Assembly (NCBI GenBank): GCA_002499705.1
Contig: DAMU01000040.1
Location: 114 to 64,113, forward strand
Direction of reading: 5' to 3'
Origin: Euryarchaeota archaeon UBA91
Lineage (GTDB): Archaea > Thermoplasmatota > Poseidoniia > Poseidoniales > Poseidoniaceae
Length of the DNA: 64,000 nt
Shown: piece by piece, positions 25,109 to 35,180 of the stretch
How positions within the stretch are numbered: the first letter of the stretch is position 1
How the letters are laid out: every line of letters begins with the position of its first letter
Made by a program: the position numbers and the translations under genes
Notes under the pieces: model-generated
The model's database searches: none
What the model saw: only the letters and a program-made list of their open reading frames with translations
Told to the model about the DNA's origin: nothing

Positions 25109-26506
25109 CTAATACGGCAATTCGAGTTCAACGGCAAACAGAGGATCTGGATCGGTTGAATCGTGGTAAGCAACTATAACGCCACCATCGTTGAGTATGC
25201 CGAGTGATGCAAAGTCGAATCGAATGTCATTACCAGCACCCGAGGTTGAATCAAGGTCACCTTGACCGATGTAGGTGAGTGTGTCAGGTGACATGTCTTC
25301 AGAATAGCCTCGAACATGATAGACCATGTCAACATCAGGTCCGTCGGTACTTTGGTAACGGATGTTGAGCACGAATAAATCCAATTCACCATTGGCTTGG
25401 AATTCCCATTCTTCAATTGAAGAGGAGACAGAACTCATGTCATAGGTTTGATTCTGCCAAGTAACTGCTCCGTCTTTCGACATGTAGTGCGTGAAAGAGG
25501 TGCCGGAATTTGCAACACAGTGGAGTGTTCCTGCAGAGTCATAATGACAATATTCGGATGGAAATTGAACTTCTAATTCATTCCACGATAAGGTGGTATC
25601 CATGTATGCAGCATTTCCGTTTGAATAGTAACTTGGGAAAATAAGGCCACCCGTGGGCATTGGGAATGCCCTCATCTCTTTGTGTGGCTTGTTGACGTCA
25701 TAGTATGAAGTCAAACCTTCTGCCGTGAAATTGAGGTCCAGTTCAACAACAGGGTCATTTGAATCACGGTCGGTAAACTGGAACGGATAATAGTTTAGTC
25801 CATCGACGCTAATTTGACCTCCAGCATCAAGAGATTGATGCCAGAAATTAGAGACCACGATGCTTGCCCAATCTCCGTTTCCAATCGTTGAAGTGATCGG
25901 ACCAACAACTTCAACTTGCCATGAACGGTCGTAGAAAGGCTCGGTCAAACGGTTGTAACACCACTTCCACTCGTCTTCTGATTCATCAAAGAGGATGGCA
26001 TAGAACTTGTCAATTTTACCATCTGCTCCTATGTATGGGAACCATGACATCGAGATGATGTCACCGTTTGTCGCTTGAACAATACTGCCTTCTCCAAGTC
26101 CTTCTTGACCAGGATTGGTTGGGATTGCAGTCACACATTGGCCAAGAGCAGGCAGAACGCCAGGGATGTAGGTATCCCAAGCATGACCTCTGTCTTCACT
26201 GAAAACGGGGTATTCTCCTCCAATATTGAGAATGTCACCTTCGATGGTTGTTGCCAAATAATGCTCACAACAGTTTCCGCCTTTCGTGGCATCAAAGACT
26301 GCCCAAGATGTGTTGGTTGTTTGATTGGTCCGTAAATCCACAGTCATGAACATTCTTGGGTCTTCATGTTGAATCATGTCAACAAGTGAATAGGAATCCC
26401 ATATTGGCTCGACCGTTTCTTGTTCGACCAATTTTTCTCCAGCACCAAAACAGCCCGCAAGTAGCATGGAAGTTACCATGAGGACGGACAGTGCAATGCG
26501 ACGCAT
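25109..26506 (-). CDS. Secreted Asp-box (BNR) repeat protein, probably a beta-propeller lipoprotein (sialidase-like fold)
   Basis: ATG at 26506 gives MRRIALSVLMVTSMLLAGCFG (lipobox-like). Asp-box motifs SKDGAVTW and SEDRGHAW. The start could instead be 26560. Confidence 0.65.
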   Translation of the reverse strand: MRRIALSVLMVTSMLLAGCFGAGEKLVEQETVEPIWDSYSLVDMIQHEDPRMFMTVDLRTNQTTNTSWAVFDATKGGNCCEHYLATTIEGDILNIGGEYPVFSEDRGHAWDTYIPGVLPALGQCVTAIPTNPGQEGLGEGSIVQATNGDIISMSWFPYIGADGKIDKFYAILFDESEDEWKWCYNRLTEPFYDRSWQVEVVGPITSTIGNGDWASIVVSNFWHQSLDAGGQISVDGLNYYPFQFTDRDSNDPVVELDLNFTAEGLTSYYDVNKPHKEMRAFPMPTGGLIFPSYYSNGNAAYMDTTLSWNELEVQFPSEYCHYDSAGTLHCVANSGTSFTHYMSKDGAVTWQNQTYDMSSVSSSIEEWEFQANGELDLFVLNIRYQSTDGPDVDMVYHVRGYSEDMSPDTLTYIGQGDLDSTSGAGNDIRFDFASLGILNDGGVIVAYHDSTDPDPLFAVELELPY

Positions 26507-26568
26507 GAATCGGCGTAGTGGCCCATCTCTTTGAAGGCGTCGCAGAGCCGTTAAGCGCAATTATACTC

Positions 26569-29500
26569 TTATTTGACAGTAAACCACACAGAAGTGCCAT
26601 CCACTTCAAAGGATTCTGAATCGCCTGAAGGCGTTTCGGATTCTGAGTAAAATATGGCAGCAGCAGCACGGGTTTCCGATACAATCCATTCACGGTCTTG
26701 CTCAAACATTTCAGGTGCATTTTGAGTCCAAACTTCCAAATCAATGGTCGCTTCAATAGCGAGGTTGAGATCTTTACGCATGGCTTGAATTCTCCGAGTA
26801 ATATCTCGAGCAAGACCTTTGGATAGAAGTGCGGGGGTGTCGTTCATGTCCAGCACGAGGCTGATTTGTTGGGCTTCTTCACCTTGACCAATGGTTACAG
26901 TAGATGCTGCGAAACCTTGTCGCTCAACACGTCGAATCTCGACATCGGACTCTTCAATTTGAATCCCCATAATCTCGCAGGTTCCCGCTTGAATAGATGC
27001 AAACATTGCTGTAGGGTCTTCAGTATTCTTGATTTCTCCTGCTACAGCATTGACTTCGCTTCTAGCCTTGGGTGCAAGCGCACGGAAGTTCGGAGCAAGT
27101 TCAATTTGTTGAAATCGGTCAAGGTCATTCTCAACAGCAATGGTTTCAACATTCAACTCTTCAGCAAGAATATCGTGGAACTCTTCCATCTCCGGGCCAG
27201 AGACAATCCATCCTTGAGCACAAGGTAATCTCTGCCTACGTCTTGCATCAACTCGAATTCTACGCCCAACCTCAGCCAGTTCGCGAACCAGCGCCATGGT
27301 TGCTTCCAAATCGAGGTCTTGAGGTGGAAGAACAGCAGTTGCAGCAGCTTCTTGTTCATCCCAATGGTCTGCAGTTGCCCCGTCAAGAGAGCCAGGTACA
27401 CCGAGCGGCCAAGCGGCTTGGTGAACGGTCTCTCCGGTGAGGTTTCGATGAATTGTATCGACCATGAATGGGCTTACTGGAGCGACTAAACGGCATACAG
27501 TCGTCAAGATTTCATGGAGGGTATGTTGGCATGCGACCTTGTCTGTTGTCTCAGCATCATCCCAAAGTCGGCGGCGGCTACGTCGAACATACCAATTGGA
27601 AACATCGTTGACAATGAAATCTTCGAGGTCACGGCATGCCTTGTGGAAGTTCCAACCTTTGAAATCTGCATGATAATTGTGTGCAGTCGTGGCGAGGCGA
27701 GATAAAATCCAACGGTCAAGCGATGGCCGAGTTGCGATTTCAGATGTAGATTGCTCAGGGTCAAAACCATCCAGTGCAGCATAATCAGCATGGAACTTGT
27801 AAATATTCCAGAGCGTCAAGAACATCTTTGCATAGGTTTCTCGAACGCCGTTTGAGTCGAACTTAAGGGGATTCCAAGGTGCTCCAGCAGTGACCATGTA
27901 CCATCGAGTAGCATCAGCGCCTTCTCGATTAAAGTGGTCCCAAGGGTCAACAATATTTCCGCGTGATTTGGACATCTTCTTTCCTTCAGCATCTAAAATC
28001 AGTCCTAAACTCAGGCATCGCTTGTAAGCAGGTTTGTCAAAAACGGTTGTTGATACAGCAAGTAAGGTGTAAAACCATCCCCGTGTTTGGTCGACACCTT
28101 CGCAGATATAGTCAACTGGGAATGAAGCATCAAAGGTTTCACCACCATCAAATGGGTGATGCCACTGAGCAAAAGGAGCACAACCAGAATCAAACCAACA
28201 ATCCATGACAAAGGGTTCTCTATGCATTGGTTTTCCATTATCAGAAAGCAGGGTGAATCCGTCAACAATCGGGCGGTGAAGGTCGACATCATCCGGACAA
28301 TCAGGATTTTCGATTCCAGCTGCGACCGCCTTTGCGACTTCTTGTTGTAATTCAGCAATTGAGCCGATGCATTTCATGTTGCCCTCATCGTCACGCCAAA
28401 CTGGAAGGGGAGTGCCCCAATATCGCTCACGTGAAATCGCCCAATCTTTGACGTTGCGCAACCATTCTCCAAATCGACCTTCTCCAACCCAATCAGGTGC
28501 CCATTCGACATCATTGTTGAATTCAAGAAGGCGCTCTTTGACCGCAGTCATTCGAACAAACCATGAATCCATGGCATAGTAAAGCAGTGGATGGTCGGTT
28601 CGCCAACAATGTGGATAGTCGTGCAAGTATGCTTTTTCACGATACAAAAGACCACTTTCGGGGCCCTTACCGTTGCTACCTCCAGACGCAGAGAGAAGTT
28701 CGATGATCGTTTGATCGCATTCTTTGACGTATCGACCATCCAGTTGTGGATGTGTCCCCGTGAGGAATGCGCCATCCATCCCAACCGTGTGGTAGGCTGG
28801 CAAGCCAGCAGCCATTCCGAGATTGTAATCGTCTTCACCATACATGACTGCGGTATGAACAACACCTGTTCCGTCAGTCGTTGTCACCCAATCTGCTTCA
28901 AGGACGGTCCATGCAGAGTTTGAATCTCCACGAGGGACTGCTTCAGGGAACAGTGGCTCATACGAGCGTCCCACAAGAGAAGAGCCTGGGAATTCTTCGA
29001 TAATTTCGACGTTATGACGAAGAACTTCTTTCATCAAATCCTTCGCTAAAATAATCTCTTCACCGACAGCAGCCCCACCTTGACCAACCCAGTTTTCAGC
29101 CTGTTCTGTTATGCGCGCTCGCACATAGGTTACATCAGGTCCAACGGCTAATCCCACATTCCCTGGGAGTGTCCATGGTGTAGTCGTCCATGCTAAGATG
29201 CTGGCTGAATCATCGTTGAGTTTGAATTTTACATAGACCGATGGTTCTTCTACTTCTTTGTAGCCAAGAGCGACTTCGTGACTTGAATAGGATGTTCCAG
29301 TTTGGGGGCAATACGGAAGAACTTTGTATCCTCGATAAAGCAAACCTTTGTCGAACATTTGTTTCATTGCCCACCAGCACGATTCCACATAATTGTTCTC
29401 GAGTGTGACATAGGGGTTGTCTAAATCGACCCAGTAAGCCATACGCTCAGTCATTTCTCTCCATGCCGATTCATAGGTCCAAACAGAGTCGCGACAAGCT

Positions 29501-29862
29501 TGATTGAAGTTTTCCATTCCATACGCTTCAATGGCTTCATTTGACATCAAATCCATTCGCTTCTGAACTTCAATTTCCACTGGTAGTCCATGCGTGTCCC
29601 ATCCACCTTTTCTTTCAACTCGGAATCCTTCCATGGTTTTCCACCGGCAAACCAGGTCTTTGTAAGCCCGAGCGACGACGTGGTGAATCCCCGGTTTTCC
29701 GTTTGCAGTAGGAGGCCCTTCAAGGAAGATGAATGGTGCGCCATTTCTGTTGGATTCGATGGATTGCTGAAATGCATTTTCGCTTTTCCACGCTTCTAAC
29801 AAGGCAGTTTCAAGAGCGACAGCGTCGAGTTCACCTGCAGCATGAGGTCGTGCCATAGCCAT
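26569..29862 (-). CDS. ileS: Isoleucyl-tRNA synthetase
   Basis: PPTANGKPGIHHV (HIGH-type), KMSKSRGN, WISRERYWGTPLP, large editing-domain insertion. The track start at 29919 adds 19 aa. The internal ATG at 29862 (MAMARPH) fits IleS N-termini better. Confidence 0.95.
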   Translation of the reverse strand: MAMARPHAAGELDAVALETALLEAWKSENAFQQSIESNRNGAPFIFLEGPPTANGKPGIHHVVARAYKDLVCRWKTMEGFRVERKGGWDTHGLPVEIEVQKRMDLMSNEAIEAYGMENFNQACRDSVWTYESAWREMTERMAYWVDLDNPYVTLENNYVESCWWAMKQMFDKGLLYRGYKVLPYCPQTGTSYSSHEVALGYKEVEEPSVYVKFKLNDDSASILAWTTTPWTLPGNVGLAVGPDVTYVRARITEQAENWVGQGGAAVGEEIILAKDLMKEVLRHNVEIIEEFPGSSLVGRSYEPLFPEAVPRGDSNSAWTVLEADWVTTTDGTGVVHTAVMYGEDDYNLGMAAGLPAYHTVGMDGAFLTGTHPQLDGRYVKECDQTIIELLSASGGSNGKGPESGLLYREKAYLHDYPHCWRTDHPLLYYAMDSWFVRMTAVKERLLEFNNDVEWAPDWVGEGRFGEWLRNVKDWAISRERYWGTPLPVWRDDEGNMKCIGSIAELQQEVAKAVAAGIENPDCPDDVDLHRPIVDGFTLLSDNGKPMHREPFVMDCWFDSGCAPFAQWHHPFDGGETFDASFPVDYICEGVDQTRGWFYTLLAVSTTVFDKPAYKRCLSLGLILDAEGKKMSKSRGNIVDPWDHFNREGADATRWYMVTAGAPWNPLKFDSNGVRETYAKMFLTLWNIYKFHADYAALDGFDPEQSTSEIATRPSLDRWILSRLATTAHNYHADFKGWNFHKACRDLEDFIVNDVSNWYVRRSRRRLWDDAETTDKVACQHTLHEILTTVCRLVAPVSPFMVDTIHRNLTGETVHQAAWPLGVPGSLDGATADHWDEQEAAATAVLPPQDLDLEATMALVRELAEVGRRIRVDARRRQRLPCAQGWIVSGPEMEEFHDILAEELNVETIAVENDLDRFQQIELAPNFRALAPKARSEVNAVAGEIKNTEDPTAMFASIQAGTCEIMGIQIEESDVEIRRVERQGFAASTVTIGQGEEAQQISLVLDMNDTPALLSKGLARDITRRIQAMRKDLNLAIEATIDLEVWTQNAPEMFEQDREWIVSETRAAAAIFYSESETPSGDSESFEVDGTSVWFTVK

Positions 29863-30018
29863 GCGAGTAGAGTTTTTGTCTTGAACCTCACCCCTCTTTT
29901 GATAAGAAAAAATCAACATTGAACGAGTTTAAGAGGTAGTGAAAAAAAGGCCATTGAAGGTAAATTGACGAAAATGGGTCGGCGTATGTTTGAAGTCCTT
30001 TAACCGATAGGGGAGAAT

Positions 30019-33000
30019 ATGTGGGGGTCGAGGTCGAGCCGCAAAGCAATCCTGCTTGCGCTTCTCATGCTTTTCAGCGGCTCGTTGCAAATCGTGCTGA
30101 CTCAGAACCCTTCTTCGCCTTTCGACTCAATTCTTTCAGACGAGGATTCCCCTCTTTTAGCGGGTGCTGGAGATTCTGCTATCGTCCAATTACCAGGTTC
30201 GGGATTGTATTCCAATTCCTTCAGCGTGGAGGTTCCGAGTAATGCTCCAATCACTGATGTTCATCTTTCGATGGAACCATCCGTCGATCCAACTCATCAA
30301 GGTTTTGTGTGGGATGACAACAGCGTTTGGTCGCACAGCAGTGCAATCAACAATGGGACCTCTTCAGCAAACGGGGCTCTCAAAGCAGAAGGTGGAGGTG
30401 TCTTGTGGGATTTCAACACTGGCCTTCAAGGTTGGACGGTTTCAAGTTCGACTTACGTGAGTCGATGGACCTCGAATTCTTGTGGCTACAATGGTTCTTC
30501 CGGAGGTTCAATCAAAACACAAGCCTCGGGAGCACAACATGCTACATCTCCAGTAGTCAATCTGGCAGGTGTGACTACCATGCCATTGCATGCATGGGTG
30601 CGTGAAGGAGATTCTTCATGCGGTGAGGAGCCTGACGCCAATGAAAACTTGCAAATTCAATACAAAACTTCCTCGGGAACTTGGACTACTGTGAATACCT
30701 TTTCTGCCGCGACCTACGGCCCTCACTCCCCGCAACAATGGTCTACCAATTTGCCAGCAGCTGCGCTTCACTCCACTTCACAGATACGCTTGAATCAGGT
30801 TTCAGGTAGTGGTTCAGGTGCGACGTGCTGTGATTTTTGGTTTATTGATGATGTTCATTTAGCAGTTCCTCCAACCGCAGATTGGACAAGCCCGACGATT
30901 GGTTTTGCTCCCAGTTCATTCCAAGATGTTGAAGCAGGACCATGGGCACCTCTCCATCTCAACGCGGATATTCCAACGGGTGCAAGCCTCAACTGGACGA
31001 TTCTTGATGGTGCAACTGGTGAACCCATTCCGGGCATGAGCGGGACTGGAGCAGGTTGGATTCCACTCAATGCAATGGATTGGCAAACCATTACCTCGAT
31101 TCGGTTGAGTTTGTTCTTCGAACCTTCTCCAAACGGACAAATGGCGAGTGTTTATTCTATCAGCGGTGATGGTCAATATGCCCTTTCTGCAAATTACCCT
31201 CAGGCCTTCGATGAATGGTCTACCACTGGTGGAGCATTTTATGTCCCAGGAACCAATTCTATCGATGGAATGGCAAACGACAGTCTGGTCTCTCCATGGT
31301 TTACCGCCTCAGCAGCACTTGCAGAAATCCACATCGACGCTACGACGAATTTGGTTCAGACTCAAATGAGAACATCGCCTGCTGATAATTGGACCAACAT
31401 TTCCCTCCCCTACTCGATGAGTATGCTTGGAAGTGAAGGTACGGTTGGATCTTACCAAGTCCAATTCATCGCAGCCTCAAACAATACGGCAGATGTATGG
31501 CAAGTGTTTGATTTCGAAACAGGAACGTATGGAGGAATTCAACCAACTGCTCCCGCTATTGATTTCTCCCAAGATGGGTTATTGGAATGGGGTGGAAGCG
31601 ATTCTCGGGTTGGTTCTTGGGGATGGCAAGACCGTTTTGAAAATGGCCAGACTTCAATAGCAGCGAATCCAGGAATCAGTGGAAGTTCGACCGCTAAGGC
31701 TTGGATTCCAGCTACAGAACTCGGTAGTTTTTGCTTTAGTGCTCTTTCTAGTAACGGCAATTTAGCCGCAATAAATCTCGTTTATGACGGCACTATTCTC
31801 GCAAATTGGACGATTGAAAGCGGTTCAAGCCTCTTTGTTTTGAATCAAACACAACTTACCGACCTCAATGCTGCTATTGCTGCGACATCCTCGTTGGCAG
31901 GTGCGCTGGGAACCTATTTCACAGAAGTTGAGTTTGAAGTCTATGGGACAGGAAACGTGACCTTGGCAGGTCTTGGTGTACCGTATGAAGCATCCAATAC
32001 ACTGCTCGCTCCGGTTGATTCGATCTTCGTTTTGGAGATGAATGGCGCTCGCTATGGATTGTCGACTGCAGGCGGTGTACACAACATTCCATTGCCATTT
32101 ACATCAGATACTCCCGGCGGAATCCACGTGACAATCGAAGGGTTGAACACCTCCTCAAGTGTTGAACTGTTGAGCATGAACATGCTCACCGATGTTCTCA
32201 CATTGACTCCAAGTCAGCGATGGCAAACCATGGAGACGACCTTCGACATCTTTTCTTCATCTGCGACATCAGCCCGCCTTGATGTCGTTGGAGGTGGAAA
32301 TGCTGCAACATGGTTGTTACCACTCAACGGTGGCTCACCGATTGGGACAGGTGATTCTCATCTTGTCGAATTACATCCAACCAATGCAGTGAGTAGTTCA
32401 TTATCGGGGACCACTTTGACGATGAACCTCACCTTCAGAATAGAACCATCATGGGATGATTCTGACACCATTCAAGTCTCATCACGATTATTGCTTTCAA
32501 GTGGCATTCTCTCTATCCCAGCCTCCCATACGTGGGGTGGATTCGGAACGCAAGGCTTTGAAAATGATTTAGAAATTAAGCAGGTTACTTTCCGAGATTC
32601 TCAAAATATTGAATTAGATCCAACCGACTATTACCTCAAAGCAGGTTCAACCATTCAAATCGATGTTCAAATTGGCTTTGAAGGGATGGACTCAATCGAC
32701 GCATTTGCTGATGAAGATGCAATCGTGGAGTTTTACAGAGGAGAGGATCTGGTAGCCAATACGACGACGATTAACGGCAACATGTGGAGTTTTACCGACA
32801 ATGTACCGTTTACTTTTGGCGTTGCAGTTTGGCATTTTGAAGTGAAACCACTCAATGGTTCAGGTACAACTCCTGCTTCTGTATTTACTCGAACATTCCA
32901 CATCGATTCAATATCACCACAGGTCCTTGACGTCAATATGCACCGATACGACCATCGCATTCCATCGACAACTCAGACGATACAAATTCAGATTTCTGAT

Positions 33001-35163
33001 CAACCTGTGCTGCCGGATAACATCTATGCTATGGTCTGGAGGGAATGGGCTGATGACGATAATTTCAATCAGTGGCCAGACGAAGGTGAATACCAGCAAA
33101 CCGCCTTGTATGTCCCCAATAACCTCTCGTCACTCATCGGTCAATACACCTTGATGATGGATGATACAGGTGGAAGTTTGGGACAGAAAGTTTCTGTTTA
33201 TCTTAACGGTTCAGATAATGCAGGGCACCCGTTAGAAAACGGTGGTTCAAATATCCCGGGAGAACAGTTATTCATGTATCAACTGGCAACAGACGGGGCG
33301 CCAACGGTTGCATCAAACGCATTTTCCTTTGAAGGTGGAAAGAAACCTTGGATGCATCCAGAAATGCCTTACGTTTTCGCCGTTGATATTTCAGAACCGA
33401 ATGGAGGATCAGACTTGTCCACTGTCGTTGTCGAGTTAGCATCGAACCAAGGCAGTGACCCTCTTCCAATCCAGTGGGATTTCATGACTGGAAACTGTAC
33501 TACTACCAGCCCGCACGTCATGATTGAAGATTGCGAAATGAGGGGTGCAAACGGACCTGCTGATCCTTATGAGCGTGACATGACTCTGCATGTTGAAATG
33601 AAATTAGCTTGGACAACACCCGATTTAGGTGAAACCAGAAGAGAGCCAGGTATCCGTGTTATTGACCGAGCCGGCCAAGAAGTCTTCCACGCATTCCCTG
33701 AGCACCGGTGGCGATTCTCAGCAGCAATGGAGATTCCAGAAGAAAGCGTATCTCTGATTCTCTCTCAAGGAACTTTGCTTGGCGACGGTGCCCGTTTAGC
33801 GCCGAACAGTCCATTGGAAGTTGCTGGTGCAGTTGTCTTTGCAGAAACTGGTTTAATTCCAGACTTTGAATGCGAAGTCGACGTGTTGTTTGCAGGTTCT
33901 ACAACTACTGCAAGTTCACTCGATGGTATTTGGTCAGTCGCACTTCAAGCGCCTTCGACAACCATGACGACTCCTATGACGTGGAGTATTGGTTGTCTGC
34001 AAGCACAAGGAATCGATGCAACCAATCAAGAGACCTCCGTTCGTTGGATTATTGTTGACGGAACAGGTCCGGAACCTGTTGAGGTTTCGAACCCGCGTCC
34101 AGCCTCAGTCCTTGAACCAGAATCTCATGAAGTGCGAATACTGCTTTCTGAAGCAGGTGGCTTAGAGGCCGAATCTTTGGAATTGGTTTGGTGGGTTGAA
34201 GAGAAAGCAACGGGTGACCGCCTCAGAAACGGTGTCGAACCACTTACCTTGGTTGGAACAGACATTTCGGGATTGCGTCTCGAAGTTGTCGGTTCCTTTG
34301 ACTTGAGCGAAATCACACCTGAGATGCTGGAGAATCGCCTCTCTGTTCACATCTTGGTCACTGGTCGGGATCTTGCAGACAATGAAGTTCTCGGGTTGGG
34401 AGGAACGCCTTCAGGCTCAACTGTCGGAGTTTGGGATATGGTTTGGCTCAAGCCAGAATTTTCGATTCAGAGTTCTTCCATAAGTTATTCTCGTCTCCTT
34501 GTAGAAGTTGGTCAGACTTCAATTGTTACCGCATATGTTGAAAACACGGGAAGTTTGAACGGTTCAGTTGAAGTCATTTTCACAGAGGTTCTTTTCGATG
34601 GGAATACCTCGACACTTCGCCGAGTCACCGTTGAAGTGCCCAAAGGTGGAGGCATCCCTGTCTCTACAGATTGGAATCCCTCTCAACCTGGCCTGCAATG
34701 GGTCGAAGTTCAACTCGCATCTGAGATGTCTTCTATCGGACCATCTATCGATGTGAGGCCACAGCGTGAAGAATCCTTTTCCGAAAGAGTGTTCGGAGAT
34801 GTGAATCCAGTTTTGGGGTCTTTTGCTGCCGTTCTTTTCCTTTCGATTGTCCTCACTGGATTGGTGTGGGCGAGACGAGTTACGCTCAATCGTGGCTCAA
34901 GATTGGAGTATGATTGGGATGAATATTCGTCAGAGTTTGAGGATGATGATGAATATGAGTATGAAGATGAACACGAAGCCTCTACTCCAGAACCTACTCC
35001 TACTGCACAAACAGCAGTTGCAGCCGTAACTCAAACTTCTTCCCAAACTGCAGAAGAAACCGACTGGGTTATGGGTTCAGATGGCTATTGGTGGTATCAT
35101 GATAAGGTCGCCAATGAATGGTGGTACAAGAACGCTGAAGGCGAAATTGTTCAACACAAGTGA
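30019..35163 (+). CDS. Giant (1714 aa) secreted surface protein: MAM-like jelly-roll domain, long beta-rich region, C-terminal TM anchor, acidic/Trp-rich tail
   Basis: Signal MWGSRSSRKAILLALLMLFSGSLQ. Residues ~125-285: LWDFNTGLQGWTV...LQIQYKTSSGTWTTV...CCDFWFIDDVHL (MAM-like ending in xIDDV). TM LGSFAAVLFLSIVLTGLVWARR. Tail EYDWDEYSSEFEDDDEYEYEDEHE...DGYWWYHDKVANEWWYKNAEGEIVQHK. Confidence 0.85.
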   Translation: MWGSRSSRKAILLALLMLFSGSLQIVLTQNPSSPFDSILSDEDSPLLAGAGDSAIVQLPGSGLYSNSFSVEVPSNAPITDVHLSMEPSVDPTHQGFVWDDNSVWSHSSAINNGTSSANGALKAEGGGVLWDFNTGLQGWTVSSSTYVSRWTSNSCGYNGSSGGSIKTQASGAQHATSPVVNLAGVTTMPLHAWVREGDSSCGEEPDANENLQIQYKTSSGTWTTVNTFSAATYGPHSPQQWSTNLPAAALHSTSQIRLNQVSGSGSGATCCDFWFIDDVHLAVPPTADWTSPTIGFAPSSFQDVEAGPWAPLHLNADIPTGASLNWTILDGATGEPIPGMSGTGAGWIPLNAMDWQTITSIRLSLFFEPSPNGQMASVYSISGDGQYALSANYPQAFDEWSTTGGAFYVPGTNSIDGMANDSLVSPWFTASAALAEIHIDATTNLVQTQMRTSPADNWTNISLPYSMSMLGSEGTVGSYQVQFIAASNNTADVWQVFDFETGTYGGIQPTAPAIDFSQDGLLEWGGSDSRVGSWGWQDRFENGQTSIAANPGISGSSTAKAWIPATELGSFCFSALSSNGNLAAINLVYDGTILANWTIESGSSLFVLNQTQLTDLNAAIAATSSLAGALGTYFTEVEFEVYGTGNVTLAGLGVPYEASNTLLAPVDSIFVLEMNGARYGLSTAGGVHNIPLPFTSDTPGGIHVTIEGLNTSSSVELLSMNMLTDVLTLTPSQRWQTMETTFDIFSSSATSARLDVVGGGNAATWLLPLNGGSPIGTGDSHLVELHPTNAVSSSLSGTTLTMNLTFRIEPSWDDSDTIQVSSRLLLSSGILSIPASHTWGGFGTQGFENDLEIKQVTFRDSQNIELDPTDYYLKAGSTIQIDVQIGFEGMDSIDAFADEDAIVEFYRGEDLVANTTTINGNMWSFTDNVPFTFGVAVWHFEVKPLNGSGTTPASVFTRTFHIDSISPQVLDVNMHRYDHRIPSTTQTIQIQISDQPVLPDNIYAMVWREWADDDNFNQWPDEGEYQQTALYVPNNLSSLIGQYTLMMDDTGGSLGQKVSVYLNGSDNAGHPLENGGSNIPGEQLFMYQLATDGAPTVASNAFSFEGGKKPWMHPEMPYVFAVDISEPNGGSDLSTVVVELASNQGSDPLPIQWDFMTGNCTTTSPHVMIEDCEMRGANGPADPYERDMTLHVEMKLAWTTPDLGETRREPGIRVIDRAGQEVFHAFPEHRWRFSAAMEIPEESVSLILSQGTLLGDGARLAPNSPLEVAGAVVFAETGLIPDFECEVDVLFAGSTTTASSLDGIWSVALQAPSTTMTTPMTWSIGCLQAQGIDATNQETSVRWIIVDGTGPEPVEVSNPRPASVLEPESHEVRILLSEAGGLEAESLELVWWVEEKATGDRLRNGVEPLTLVGTDISGLRLEVVGSFDLSEITPEMLENRLSVHILVTGRDLADNEVLGLGGTPSGSTVGVWDMVWLKPEFSIQSSSISYSRLLVEVGQTSIVTAYVENTGSLNGSVEVIFTEVLFDGNTSTLRRVTVEVPKGGGIPVSTDWNPSQPGLQWVEVQLASEMSSIGPSIDVRPQREESFSERVFGDVNPVLGSFAAVLFLSIVLTGLVWARRVTLNRGSRLEYDWDEYSSEFEDDDEYEYEDEHEASTPEPTPTAQTAVAAVTQTSSQTAEETDWVMGSDGYWWYHDKVANEWWYKNAEGEIVQHK

Positions 35164-35180
35164 TGCATTGGAGTGATACA

